Assembly (NCBI GenBank): GCA_041697335.1
Contig: JBGUGD010000015.1
Location: forward strand, 1-64,000
DNA: 64,000 bases
Reading direction: 5' to 3'
From: Vampirovibrionaceae bacterium NZW_1234
Lineage (GTDB): Bacteria; Cyanobacteriota; Vampirovibrionia; Vampirovibrionales; JAGQHJ01
This document shows, piece by piece, positions 19,539 through 29,526 of this stretch. Under the pieces are notes generated by a model, which had not been told where the DNA came from, searched no databases, and worked only from the letters and a program-made list of their open reading frames with translations. How positions within the stretch are numbered: the first letter of the stretch is position 1; each line of letters opens with the position of its first letter. Position numbers and translations under genes: made by a program.

Positions 19539-22202
19539 CTACTCGGTCTTGATCAGGGCAATGGAGACGAAAAAGGTCACCAAGGCCGCCCCCACCGGCA
19601 AGGCCCACAAGAGCGGATCAAAGCCCGCAGTTCCCAACACCGTTTGCAAAAAGGGAACATACACGGCGGCCAACTGGAAGGCCACGGCCATCACCAACAC
19701 AATCCAGGTCATCGGGACCGCCAGGATTTCCGCCAGAAAAGCCAGTTTGCTGCCACCGGCGTGGACCAGCTGAACATTAATCAGATGAACGCTTTGGGTA
19801 AAGGCCACCGTACAGAAGGCCAGGGTACTGGCCACGGGCAGCGGCAGTTTCAGCAGATTCAGCGACGTCATAAACACCCCCAGGCTTGCAGCCGTAAGCA
19901 TGATGCCCCAGAACCAGACCAGCATGGCCTGTTCCTTGGGCAAAACACCCTGGTTATAGGAGCGAATGGGCTGTTTCAGCAGACTCGGGTTGGGAGGCTC
20001 AAAGGCCAGCGACAGCGCAGGCAGGGTCACGGTAATGATGTTCAGCCATAGGATTTCCAGGGCGTTTAAGGGCAACTGGGAGCCGACGACCGCGGTGAGC
20101 AGCATCAACAGCACCAGACTGATGTTGCAGCTCAAGAGGTACTGAATGCTGAGCTTGACATTGCGGGACAGAATCCGGCCTTCGCGAACGGCCAGGGCAA
20201 TGGTACTGAAGCGATCGTTTAATAAGATAATATCGGCGCTTTCCTTGGCGGCATCCGCGCCTTTAATCCCCATGGCAATGGCAATATCACTGCACCTTAG
20301 GGCGGGGGCGTCGTTGACACCATCACCAACCATGGCCACAATGTCACCACTGGCCTGTAGGGATTGCACAATCGCCAGTTTCTCTTCCGGCTGGGTCCGG
20401 GCAAACACCCGCACGTTGTGGGGAATCTTGTTCACCCCGCCATCCAGATCCTTGCGGGTCCAGACATCGGCCCCGGGGGGCATAATATGAAGCTGTCTGG
20501 CCATAATGGCCGCCGTGGCCTTCTGGTCCCCGGTAATCATCACCACACGGACCCCGGCGTTCTGGCACTGTTGAATGGCTTCCTTCACCCCGGCCTTGGG
20601 CGGGTCAATGAGGCAGACCCACCCGATAAACACGGCATTTTGATAGGGCTCCTCATCGGCGGAGGCCATGGGCTTTTCGGCAAAGCCAATCACCCGCAGC
20701 ACGCCGTCCATAGCCAAATCCTGGTTTGCGAGCAGGAACTCGGCTCGTTTTTCTTTATCCATGGGCACCACCTTGCCCTCGGGGTTCAGGTAATAGTTAC
20801 AGATTCCAATCACGGACTCCGGCGCCCCTTTAATCATGGAGGCAAAGCGACCTTCAGAATGCCTTTGGACGGCAGACATCAACATGGTGGCAGAATCAAA
20901 GGGATATTCTCTGACCCGGTGGTAGCCCGCCTCATACTCCAGCGGTGTGGCCCGGTACAGAGCCACATCAATGGGGTCTCCCATCATAAAGCTTCTGACC
21001 CCATCGAGGATGGTGGTGTTGTTCAAGCGGCCAATCCGCAGCAACTCTTCTACCGAGCGAGACGGAATAGCCTTGGCCTGGCTCCAGAGCGGATTATAAT
21101 CCAGGATACCCAACTCCGGCACAAAAACCCGGTGCACGGACAAGCTGTTTTCAGTCAACGTCCCGGTCTTATCGGTACAAATCACCGTGGCACTCCCAAT
21201 GGCCTCAATGGCATGGAGGTTTCGGACAATGGCATTCTCCCGAGAGAGGCGTTCGATACCCAAGGACAAAATAAACGTGGCCACGGCCGGTAAAATCTCG
21301 GGCACGGCCGCCACAATCATAATAATCCCCAGTTGCACCATACTGACCCAGGAGGCCCCGTGCTGATAGCCTAAATACGCAATGCCTCCGGCCAGCACAC
21401 TGACCACCAGGAAAATGACCAGGCTCAAGCGGTTTAAGGCATGGGCCAGGTGGCTTTCCCGGCGCTGGGCCTGGCTGGCCAAGGCCGCAATACGGCCCAT
21501 CTGGGAATGTACGCCAACGGCGGTCACCATGGCTTGGCCGCTTCCGGTTTTAATGGTCGTCCCGGCATACACCATATTTTTGTGCTCGGTAATCTCTTCA
21601 TCGGGAATGTGAACGGCCTGGGCATCCTTGGTAATCAGGATCGATTCACCGGTCAGAGGGGACTGGTCCACCTGCATATCGTCCGAGGAAATCAACCGGG
21701 CGTCGGCAGGAACGGTTTGGCCGCTGGAAAACACCAGGATATCTCCGGGCACCAGGTCTGATGAGGCAATGCGAATGGGAATGCCATCTCGAACGACCGT
21801 ACACAGGGGAGTACTAAAGGACTCCAGCGTCAACACGGCCTTTTGGGCTTTCCATTGGGTGGCAAAGCCGATTCCGGCATTGATCAGCATGGCCGCCAAA
21901 ATGGCGCCGCCACTGATATAGTCATGCATGGCAAAGGAAAAGCCGGCGGCAGCCAACAGCAAGATAATGACCAGATTCTTGAACTGCTGCAAAAACAGCT
22001 TGCGGGCCAACTGCGTGGCCTGGCCACTGACCTCGTTCTTGCCGTATCGCTTGCGCCGTTGGGCCACTTCCGGATCGTTCAGCCCCGTCAGCCGGGTGTC
22101 CAGCAATTGCAGACACGCCTCAATGGATTTGGCGTGAAAGGGAATGTTCTCGATTTCCGACCGGATCGGAGCCGACTCCAACAGACTTTTTCCAGGGTGC
22201 AT
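19539..22202 (-). CDS. P-type II cation-transporting ATPase with atypical ion-binding residues
   Basis: LTGES, DKTGT, KGAPE, DPP, TGD and GDGVND motifs; about 10 TM helices. Confidence 0.93.
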   Translation of the reverse strand: MHPGKSLLESAPIRSEIENIPFHAKSIEACLQLLDTRLTGLNDPEVAQRRKRYGKNEVSGQATQLARKLFLQQFKNLVIILLLAAAGFSFAMHDYISGGAILAAMLINAGIGFATQWKAQKAVLTLESFSTPLCTVVRDGIPIRIASSDLVPGDILVFSSGQTVPADARLISSDDMQVDQSPLTGESILITKDAQAVHIPDEEITEHKNMVYAGTTIKTGSGQAMVTAVGVHSQMGRIAALASQAQRRESHLAHALNRLSLVIFLVVSVLAGGIAYLGYQHGASWVSMVQLGIIMIVAAVPEILPAVATFILSLGIERLSRENAIVRNLHAIEAIGSATVICTDKTGTLTENSLSVHRVFVPELGILDYNPLWSQAKAIPSRSVEELLRIGRLNNTTILDGVRSFMMGDPIDVALYRATPLEYEAGYHRVREYPFDSATMLMSAVQRHSEGRFASMIKGAPESVIGICNYYLNPEGKVVPMDKEKRAEFLLANQDLAMDGVLRVIGFAEKPMASADEEPYQNAVFIGWVCLIDPPKAGVKEAIQQCQNAGVRVVMITGDQKATAAIMARQLHIMPPGADVWTRKDLDGGVNKIPHNVRVFARTQPEEKLAIVQSLQASGDIVAMVGDGVNDAPALRCSDIAIAMGIKGADAAKESADIILLNDRFSTIALAVREGRILSRNVKLSIQYLLSCNISLVLLMLLTAVVGSQLPLNALEILWLNIITVTLPALSLAFEPPNPSLLKQPIRSYNQGVLPKEQAMLVWFWGIMLTAASLGVFMTSLNLLKLPLPVASTLAFCTVAFTQSVHLINVQLVHAGGSKLAFLAEILAVPMTWIVLVMAVAFQLAAVYVPFLQTVLGTAGFDPLLWALPVGAALVTFFVSIALIKTE

Positions 22203-22402
22203 GCAACGTTCCTCGAATGATGGTTGTGCGACGCAGTTCAACAAGAAGAGGACCTCAACTACCTATCATCCTTATGGTGCGCCCCAACGGGAACACTTAT
22301 TTGGATGAGTTTTCACGACCCGCGCCTGGAACCAAACCCCATGACATCATCATGCCCAGGTGAGCTGAAAATAAAACGAAACCCGTCCCCGAAGCGACCC
22401 CA

Positions 22403-22480
22403 GCCTTTCTCAGAACGCGCAATATGTGCGTTCTGAGAAAGGCACAAAAAAACGGTGCCGAAGGTTCGACACCGTTTTTT
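22403..22480. terminator. Two tandem hairpins downstream of trxA; the second is a probable bidirectional terminator
   Basis: 19-bp stem GCCTTTCTCAGAACGCGCA/TGTGCGTTCTGAGAAAGGC (22403-22443); AAAAAAACGGTG...CACCGTTTTTT (22446-22480). Confidence 0.75.
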
Positions 22481-22502
22481 AACGTTCCTGTGACCGGATG
22501 AC

Positions 22503-22829
22503 CTAAGCGATGTGCTTGTCGATCATGCCGGAAAGCGTGGATTTTTTATGAACACCCACCATTTGTTCCACCGGCTCCCCGTTCTTAAAGAACAACAAGC
22601 TGGGAATACCGCTGATGCGATACTCTTGGGCGGTTTTCACGTTGTCATCGGTGTTGACTTTCACCACCTTGATTTTGCCTTGGTATTCCTGGGCCAGTTC
22701 TTCCACAATGGGGGCAATTGTGCGACAAGGACCACACCATGGCGCCCAGAAATCAACCAAAACGGGTACAGAGGACTTCTTCACCTCATCTTCAAATGTA
22801 GAATCCGAAACTTCAAGGACTTGACCCAT
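22503..22829 (-). CDS. trxA: Thioredoxin
   Basis: VDFWAPWCGPC active site. Confidence 0.98.
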   Translation of the reverse strand: MGQVLEVSDSTFEDEVKKSSVPVLVDFWAPWCGPCRTIAPIVEELAQEYQGKIKVVKVNTDDNVKTAQEYRISGIPSLLFFKNGEPVEQMVGVHKKSTLSGMIDKHIA

Positions 22830-22931
22830 TTACGTCTCTCCTTCTTTCACCAAACAGGTGTTTCCTTTTGACTGGATTTGATTTTATCATAAGTTAAGAT
22901 GGATTCAATCCGCAGTCATCGACGCCCCTTT

Positions 22932-24026
22932 ATGATAACGCTTCTGGACCGTTACATTGCAAAACACCTCTGGGACTACCTGTTTTTAGGCCTGGTCATC
23001 TTTACGCTGGTCTTGTTTTTTTCCGATGCCCTGCTGGATTTTATGAAGGACCTGCAACATTACGGAATTCCCTGGGACATTGCCCTCACCCTGATTGGCC
23101 TGCAAATTCCCCGCATCGTGTCGATTGTCATCCCGATGAGCGCCCTGTTGTCTGCGCTGATTGTGTATAACAACCTGAACAACCAGTTCGAGCTGATTGC
23201 CATGCGCATGAGCGGCATCAGCCTGTATCGCCTGTCCATGCCGGCCATCATTCTGGGCTTGTGTGCCTCGTTATTCGCCTACATCCTGATTGATTACGTG
23301 GTGCCCACCTGTAACAAATACGCCCGGGACTTGAAGACCTTTGCCATCAATCAGCAAAACCTGCCCGCCACCAACGAGAACTTTATCTACAAACAGTTCG
23401 ACAAAGAGCAGGATCTCAAGCGCCTGATCTATGTTTCGCACTTCGATGGCAACCGGCTGGGGGCGAGCACCGTCGTGGATCTCACCAATCCGGCGACATT
23501 ACAGGTCATTCAAGCCAAGTCCGGCCTCTGGGGGCGCAGCGTCATTGAGCTAAGCGATGCCAACGTCTACACCGTGGCCTTTAGCCAAAAGTTAACCAAC
23601 ACCACCCATGCCAGCCAACTGCAATTGCAGCATTTCATCCAACCCCAGGTCTCCGTCTCGGAATACGCCCCGCGGGAAATGTCCTTTGTCCAACTTTATC
23701 AATGGATCCAACGCTACGAACAACGCGGCCGCAGCCTGCCCAGGAAAGTCTACGTAACCTTGTGGGAAAAGCTCACCGTCCCCCTGAATTCGTTGGCCCT
23801 GGTCCTGATTGCCGTCCCTCTGGCCCTGACCGCACCTCGCAAACTGAGCAACCTGGGCTTTCTGGGAGCCGTTCTCATTTTGCTGACCTATTACGTGCTC
23901 CGGCACATTGCCCAGCAACTGGGCATGTCCGGCATGCTTCTGCCCTTCCTGGCCGCATGCCTCCCGTTGGTTATCATTTTCACCACCGCCATATTGCTGT
24001 TTCGCCATAAAAACAAGGTTCTATAG
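22932..24026 (+). CDS. LptF/LptG family LPS export permease
   Basis: LLDRYI start; ELIAMR.SGISL.RL motif; 3 TM + periplasmic beta domain + 3 TM layout. Confidence 0.9.
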   Translation: MITLLDRYIAKHLWDYLFLGLVIFTLVLFFSDALLDFMKDLQHYGIPWDIALTLIGLQIPRIVSIVIPMSALLSALIVYNNLNNQFELIAMRMSGISLYRLSMPAIILGLCASLFAYILIDYVVPTCNKYARDLKTFAINQQNLPATNENFIYKQFDKEQDLKRLIYVSHFDGNRLGASTVVDLTNPATLQVIQAKSGLWGRSVIELSDANVYTVAFSQKLTNTTHASQLQLQHFIQPQVSVSEYAPREMSFVQLYQWIQRYEQRGRSLPRKVYVTLWEKLTVPLNSLALVLIAVPLALTAPRKLSNLGFLGAVLILLTYYVLRHIAQQLGMSGMLLPFLAACLPLVIIFTTAILLFRHKNKVL

Positions 24027-24031
24027 GCCTT

Positions 24032-25045
24032 ATGAAAATTCTGGCCCTTGAAACCAGTTGCGATGAAACCTCGGCCGCCATTGTGGAGGATGGCCGAAAG
24101 GTTCTGGCCAACGTCATCAGCTCCCAGGCCGATTTTCACGCCCGCTATGGCGGCGTCATCCCCGAAATGGCCGCCCGCCAGCACCTGGATATGATCAACC
24201 ATGTCATTGCCGATGCCCTGGCGCAGGCCGGTGAGTCCCTGGACACCATGGACGGGTTTGCCGCAACCCTGGGCCCCGGCCTGGTGGGTTCGCTCCTGGT
24301 GGGGGCGACCGCGGCCAAAACCCTGAGCTTTTTGACGGGTAAACCGTTTTTGGGTGTCAATCACCTCTACGCCCACGTGGCCTCCAACTACCTGGACTCC
24401 GATTTGGCCCCGCCCTTTTTATGCCTTCTGGTCAGCGGCGGCCATACGCAACTGCTGAAGGTCAGTGCCTACGATGACCTGGAATTGCTGGGCGAAACCC
24501 TGGATGATGCCGTCGGTGAAGCCTACGACAAAGTGGCCCGTATACTTGGACTGCCCTACCCCGGCGGCCCGGTATTGGACAAACTGGCCCAGGAAGGCAA
24601 CCCGAAAGCATTTTCCTTTCCCGAAGCCCGCACCCAGTCTCCCTGGCAATTCAGCTACAGTGGCTTAAAAACGGCAACCCTGCGGTGCTATGAGCACCAG
24701 CTCGCGTCTGTTGAAGACCGAGACCAACTGGTCCGGGACATTGCCGCCTCCTTTCAGGACGCAGCGACCCATGCCCTGGTCCGAAAGACCCTGGCCGCCG
24801 CAGAGGCCTATGGCCTTCATACCGTGGCCGTGGCCGGGGGTGTGGCAGCCAATAGCGCGGTTCGCCAAAAGTTTGACGCCGCCATTCAAGCCCGCGGGAA
24901 CGACTGGCGTTTCTACCGCCCGCCCATGGCCTATTGCACCGACAATGCCGCCATGGTTGGTGCTTCGGCCTACTTCAACCCCTGGTCCAGAGACTGGGAG
25001 ACAGAAGTGTTTTCCCGGGCCCCGGTGACCTCTACGGGGGGCTAA
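24032..25045 (+). CDS. tsaD: tRNA N6-adenosine threonylcarbamoyltransferase
   Basis: ETSCDET, H.YAH, VSGGHT, GEAYDK and TDNAAM motifs. Confidence 0.97.
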   Translation: MKILALETSCDETSAAIVEDGRKVLANVISSQADFHARYGGVIPEMAARQHLDMINHVIADALAQAGESLDTMDGFAATLGPGLVGSLLVGATAAKTLSFLTGKPFLGVNHLYAHVASNYLDSDLAPPFLCLLVSGGHTQLLKVSAYDDLELLGETLDDAVGEAYDKVARILGLPYPGGPVLDKLAQEGNPKAFSFPEARTQSPWQFSYSGLKTATLRCYEHQLASVEDRDQLVRDIAASFQDAATHALVRKTLAAAEAYGLHTVAVAGGVAANSAVRQKFDAAIQARGNDWRFYRPPMAYCTDNAAMVGASAYFNPWSRDWETEVFSRAPVTSTGG

Positions 25046-25049
25046 TGCC

Positions 25050-25859
25050 TTAACCGCACTGCAAACGGGAATTAATGGAAATAAACTGCAAGCCGGACTC
25101 CACTTCAACAGGCTCTTCGGCCAGCTCGCTTCGCAAAAACAACTCGAGAAATTGTCGAATGGACAATTCCGGGGCAGCACCCTGGTTATAGGGTGCAAGA
25201 CGCCACATCTGCTCGGACAATTCTCTGGCCACCTCTTTAAACACCGCCGGGTCCACCACCATCACCTGATCCGGCATCGACTCGTCGGGGAAATTCAACT
25301 CACAGGTCGACAGATTGCCTTGGGGCTCACGCAACATCAAGCCGACCAGACGGCAATGCAGGGGACGTTGATCATACAGGCTGCACTGGTTATTCACCAG
25401 CAGGGGGCATCGCATCCGCCCAGCCAGGGATTTGTCCTGAAGGCGTTTCAAAATGGCCTGTTGAACCTCTTTTTCGGCATGCATAAATCCGTATAAAAGA
25501 TACACCGCCTCCATGTACTGAATGGAAATGCCATCCGAACAACACCCGGCACAGCCCTTTTTGCATTGGACCATCTCCTCATAGGTGGCCCACACGGGAT
25601 CCGTAGCTTCTGCCAACGAGTTCAGAAGAAGTTGGTACAACGCATAAATCTTGTTTTCCACGCCGTTTTTAACTCCGCCGCCGATGCCTATGACAACGTT
25701 GTCGGTATGGGCCTCGAATTCTGAAGGTGTCGCCGCCCTCCGCTTAGCCCCTTGATACCAAACCCGGCATTCGTGGCCCTTCTCAGGGTGAAGAAATGTA
25801 ACACCTGCCAGGGTGGCCTCCTCTGTCCACGAAGTCGGAGAACACGCACTCAGCATCAC
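25050..25859 (-). CDS. YkgJ family Cys-cluster (Zn/Fe-chelating) protein
   Basis: CKKGCAGCC ... CPLL....CSLY..RP..CR motif. Confidence 0.85.
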   Translation of the reverse strand: MMLSACSPTSWTEEATLAGVTFLHPEKGHECRVWYQGAKRRAATPSEFEAHTDNVVIGIGGGVKNGVENKIYALYQLLLNSLAEATDPVWATYEEMVQCKKGCAGCCSDGISIQYMEAVYLLYGFMHAEKEVQQAILKRLQDKSLAGRMRCPLLVNNQCSLYDQRPLHCRLVGLMLREPQGNLSTCELNFPDESMPDQVMVVDPAVFKEVARELSEQMWRLAPYNQGAAPELSIRQFLELFLRSELAEEPVEVESGLQFISINSRLQCG

Positions 25860-26046
25860 CTTGAGCCCGCCATCAAATCACCATATCGACCCTAAACCCA
25901 GTTTCACAAACCCTCTTAGGAATTTATCCCGGCTTTACAGCTTTCAGACTTCGCATTACAACAAAAATTTCTTAAAAAACATTGATTATAGTAGCTTTTC
26001 ACCGTTAAAACATTAAAAAAGTCTTAAATAACCGGACTTTCACACC

Positions 26047-26075
26047 TTTTGATATATAATAATTATATACTAAAA
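26047..26075. promoter_or_regulatory. AT-rich palindrome with back-to-back TATAAT boxes
   Basis: TTTTGA-TATATAAT-A-ATTATATA-CTAAAA. Confidence 0.5.
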
Positions 26076-26378
26076 ATCTTTGGAAGTGCTGCCTCAAATG
26101 CCCCCTCTGCCCCTATCGACACCCTCCATGTTGCCAACCGCTCCCACAAACACGGGGACGGTAAAAGCCGAACGCCTGATGGGCCAGGCGGAAAAACGCG
26201 TGAATTCGCGTAAAAATCCACCTTTATCGTCCATCCCCCCCAACTTTAAGGCTTCCCTGAGGCCCGCGACGCTAAAAACGACCCGGCAGAAAACCCCAAA
26301 AACCAGCACCAGGACTGACTTTTACCCATTACACCCTAACCACACCCGGCACCGGCCCTGGTGTCTCAACAACCAAAA

Positions 26379-26484
26379 TTCACGCGCGTTTCACGCGGGA
26401 TTTACGCGTGAAAGCCGCGTGAAACGCGCGTGTTTTGCCCGGATTCACGCGTATTTCACGCGAAAATCACGCGCCATTCACGCG
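26379..26484. repeat. Helically phased array of TTCACGCG motifs with an embedded palindrome of about 52 bp
   Basis: CGCG cores at 26383, 26394, 26405, 26416, 26427, 26448, 26459, 26470 and 26481. Confidence 0.9.
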
Positions 26485-26517
26485 TCCTATCACAGGTCAG
26501 GCGTTATGGAAATGGCC

Positions 26518-29256
26518 CTAAGCCCGATCCAGCTCGTTGGTGGTTTCGTGAATCAACTTGGCACGTTCGGCCGCTTCGGTCAGTTCGGTTTCAACCTCGT
26601 CTTCGGCATCCTGCTGCTGCTCTTCAATCTGACGCTCCAGCTGGATCTCAATGCGGGTGCGGAACAAGAGGTTCACCGTTTCACGCTGAATATCGTAGGT
26701 CAGCTTCTGGAACAACTCAAAGGCTTCTCGCTTGTATTCGATGAGGGGATCCTTCTGGCCATAAGCCCGAAGCCCAATGCCTTCGCGCAAGGCATCAAGG
26801 TTATGCAAGTAGTCAATCCACTTGCTGTCCACAATGTGAAGCAGAATGTCCCGCTCAATCCGGCGCAAGGGGTGTTTGTCCTCCTCGGCCACCGCCTCTT
26901 CGATGCCTTCCATAACCACGCCATGCTCTTGCTGCAATTGCTGGGAAAGACTATACAGCTCCGTTTCAATGTGGGTATAGGCCGCCAGAGCTTTGACTTT
27001 GAGGACATCAACGATCTCGCCATACTTTTTGCCCTGCAGAGTCTCCGCCGTAACCTCCTGCTGCAACTGGGGAACCCGACTATGAAGCTCCATCAGCATT
27101 TCATCCAAGGCCCCTTCCGGCCAATCTTCCGGATCCCCTTCTGCAGGCAGATACGCCCCGACCTGACGCTCCATCTCCAGCTCAATCATGTTGGTAATGG
27201 AGTCTCTCAGACCAAAGCCTTCCAGAACCTTGCGGCGTTGACCGTAGATCAGCTCACGCTGTTGGGTCAAGACATCGTCATACTTCAAAATGGACTTGCG
27301 GACATCAAAATGATACGCTTCCACCTTGCGCTGAGCCCCCTCAATGGCTCGGGAGACCATGGGCGCATTGATGGGCAGGTCTTCTTCAATGTTGAGAATA
27401 TCCATCATGGTGGCCACTTTGTTGCCGCCGAACAAGCGCATCAAGCTGTCATCCAGCGCCAGATAAAACCGGCTGGACCCCGGATCGCCCTGGCGACCAG
27501 AGCGGCCCCGCAACTGGTTATCAATCCGGCGGGACTCATGGCGCTCGGTACCGATGATGTGGAGCCCGCCCAGGGAAACAACATCCTGCTTTTCCTTTTC
27601 CGTGGTTTCACGGGTGCGCTCGACCAGTTCCTGAACGTATTCCCGGGTGACGGAGGCCGGGTCCACGCCACGGCGCATCAGCTCTTCCCGGGCCAGAAAC
27701 TCCGGGTTTCCGCCCAGCAAAATATCCGTCCCTCGGCCCGCCATGTTCGTGGCAATGGTCACTGCGCCTTTACGACCGGCCTGGGCCACGATATAGGCTT
27801 CCCGCTCGTGATGCTTGGCATTGAGGACCTGGTGCTTAATACCCTTTTGGGCCAACATATTCGACAGCAGCTCGGACTTCTCAATACTGATGGTCCCCAC
27901 CAGAACGGGACGGCCGGTTTTGTTCATCTCTTCGATTTCGTTGACGACGGCCCGAAACTTGGCTTTCTCGTTCTTATAGATGCTGTCGGAATAATCGTCC
28001 CGAACATCACCTCGGTTGGCAGGAATAGAGGTTACTTCCAAATTGTAGATCTTGCCAAACTCGGCTTCTTCCGTCATCGCGGTCCCGGTCATCCCGGAGA
28101 GCTTGGGATACAGACGAAACAGGTTCTGGAAAGTGATGCTGGCCAGGGTCTGGGTTTCATCCTGAATCTTCACACCCTCTTTGGCTTCCACCGCCTGGTG
28201 CAAGCCATCGCTCCAGCGGCGGCCTTCCATCAGACGCCCCGTAAATTCGTCCACAATGACACATTCGCCCTTTTCGTTGACAACATAATCAATGTCCCGC
28301 CGATACAGTTCTTCTGCCTTCAGGGCCTGCAACAGGTGATGGGCCAGATTGGTTCTCGGATCAAACAGGTCATCGACATTCAGGAGTTCCTGGGCTTTAT
28401 CGATCCCTTCCTCCGTAAGAATAACGTTTCGGGCTTTCTCATCGACGGTGTAGTCTTCATCGCGCTTCAAGGCCGGGGCCACTTGGGCCATGGTCTTGTA
28501 GAGTTCCGCCGATTTTTCCAGGCGACCACTGATGATCAACGGCGTCCGGGCCTCATCGATCAAAATACTGTCCACCTCATCGACAATGGCGTAGTAAAAG
28601 GGCCGCTGCACCAGGTGATGCTTGGACGAGGCCATGTTGTCTCTCAGGTAATCAAAGCCAAATTCGTTGTTGGTGCCGTAGGTAATGTCGGCGGCATAGG
28701 CAATCTTTTTCTCAATAAAGAGGTTGGCCCCCCGCTGGGTAGACAGAACCTTGCCCACGGTGAGCCCCAGGAAGTTGTAGATGGTCCCCATCCATTCGGC
28801 ATCTCGTTTGGCCAGGTAGTCATTGACCGTGACAATATGCACGCCCTTTCCGGCCAGGGCATTGAGGTAGGCCGGCAAGGTCGCGACCAGGGTTTTCCCT
28901 TCCCCGGTCCGCATTTCGGCGATGGCCCCACTGTGGAGGATCATCCCCCCAATCAACTGGACGTCATAATGACGCAGTCCCAGGGTCCGTTTAGAGGCCT
29001 CCCTGACGGTGGCAAAGGCTTCCGGGAGCAGATACTCCAAGACCTCTTGCTCCAGCTCGCGGTCCCGTTTGGGGTTGTCGGAGTGTTCCCGGTTGGCCAA
29101 TTCGTTGCGGAACTTATCGGTCTTGGCCCTCAACTCATCATCGGAAAGCTTCTCCCACTCCGCTTCCAGGTCGTTAATGTGGTACACAACCGGGTCCAGC
29201 TTTTTAATCTTGCGTTCGTTGGGGGAACCAATCAGTTTGGTGATGAGCTGCAACAT
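26518..29256 (-). CDS. secA: Preprotein translocase ATPase SecA
   Basis: MRTGEGKT, DEVDSILIDEARTPLIISG, NMAGRGTDI and QLRGRSGRQGDPG motifs. Confidence 0.99.
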   Translation of the reverse strand: MLQLITKLIGSPNERKIKKLDPVVYHINDLEAEWEKLSDDELRAKTDKFRNELANREHSDNPKRDRELEQEVLEYLLPEAFATVREASKRTLGLRHYDVQLIGGMILHSGAIAEMRTGEGKTLVATLPAYLNALAGKGVHIVTVNDYLAKRDAEWMGTIYNFLGLTVGKVLSTQRGANLFIEKKIAYAADITYGTNNEFGFDYLRDNMASSKHHLVQRPFYYAIVDEVDSILIDEARTPLIISGRLEKSAELYKTMAQVAPALKRDEDYTVDEKARNVILTEEGIDKAQELLNVDDLFDPRTNLAHHLLQALKAEELYRRDIDYVVNEKGECVIVDEFTGRLMEGRRWSDGLHQAVEAKEGVKIQDETQTLASITFQNLFRLYPKLSGMTGTAMTEEAEFGKIYNLEVTSIPANRGDVRDDYSDSIYKNEKAKFRAVVNEIEEMNKTGRPVLVGTISIEKSELLSNMLAQKGIKHQVLNAKHHEREAYIVAQAGRKGAVTIATNMAGRGTDILLGGNPEFLAREELMRRGVDPASVTREYVQELVERTRETTEKEKQDVVSLGGLHIIGTERHESRRIDNQLRGRSGRQGDPGSSRFYLALDDSLMRLFGGNKVATMMDILNIEEDLPINAPMVSRAIEGAQRKVEAYHFDVRKSILKYDDVLTQQRELIYGQRRKVLEGFGLRDSITNMIELEMERQVGAYLPAEGDPEDWPEGALDEMLMELHSRVPQLQQEVTAETLQGKKYGEIVDVLKVKALAAYTHIETELYSLSQQLQQEHGVVMEGIEEAVAEEDKHPLRRIERDILLHIVDSKWIDYLHNLDALREGIGLRAYGQKDPLIEYKREAFELFQKLTYDIQRETVNLLFRTRIEIQLERQIEEQQQDAEDEVETELTEAAERAKLIHETTNELDRA

Positions 29257-29526
29257 AGGGGCCTCAAAAAATTCATCTCGATAAAACGTTAGCCCATTCT
29301 AACACAAGGGTATCTCATCGCCTATGTTCCCTAACCGGCTTAGCAAGCGTCTGATTTAATGATAACAGCGGCATAAAAATCCCCACCCATGGGCAAGGGC
29401 CCCCTCCGCTGAAGGCCGTTGGAACCCAAGGCACTTCCGTATTGCAAATTTGTCACAAACTAACATGTCCGCCCCAAAAATTGTTTTTATATCTATGTGT
29501 GTAAATGAAGTAGGTGTGTCACAAAT

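Noticed and set aside
20364..21293. 309-aa plus-strand ORF
   Set aside because: Antisense to the P-type ATPase.
25960..26500. oriC, parS or dif site
   Set aside because: No TTATCCACA DnaA boxes, no full TGTTTCACGTGAAACA and no TTATGTTAAAT arm were seen; kept only as an unexplained array.
26080..29292. 1070-aa plus-strand ORF
   Set aside because: Antisense shadow of secA with no recognisable motifs; explained by codon bias on the opposite strand.
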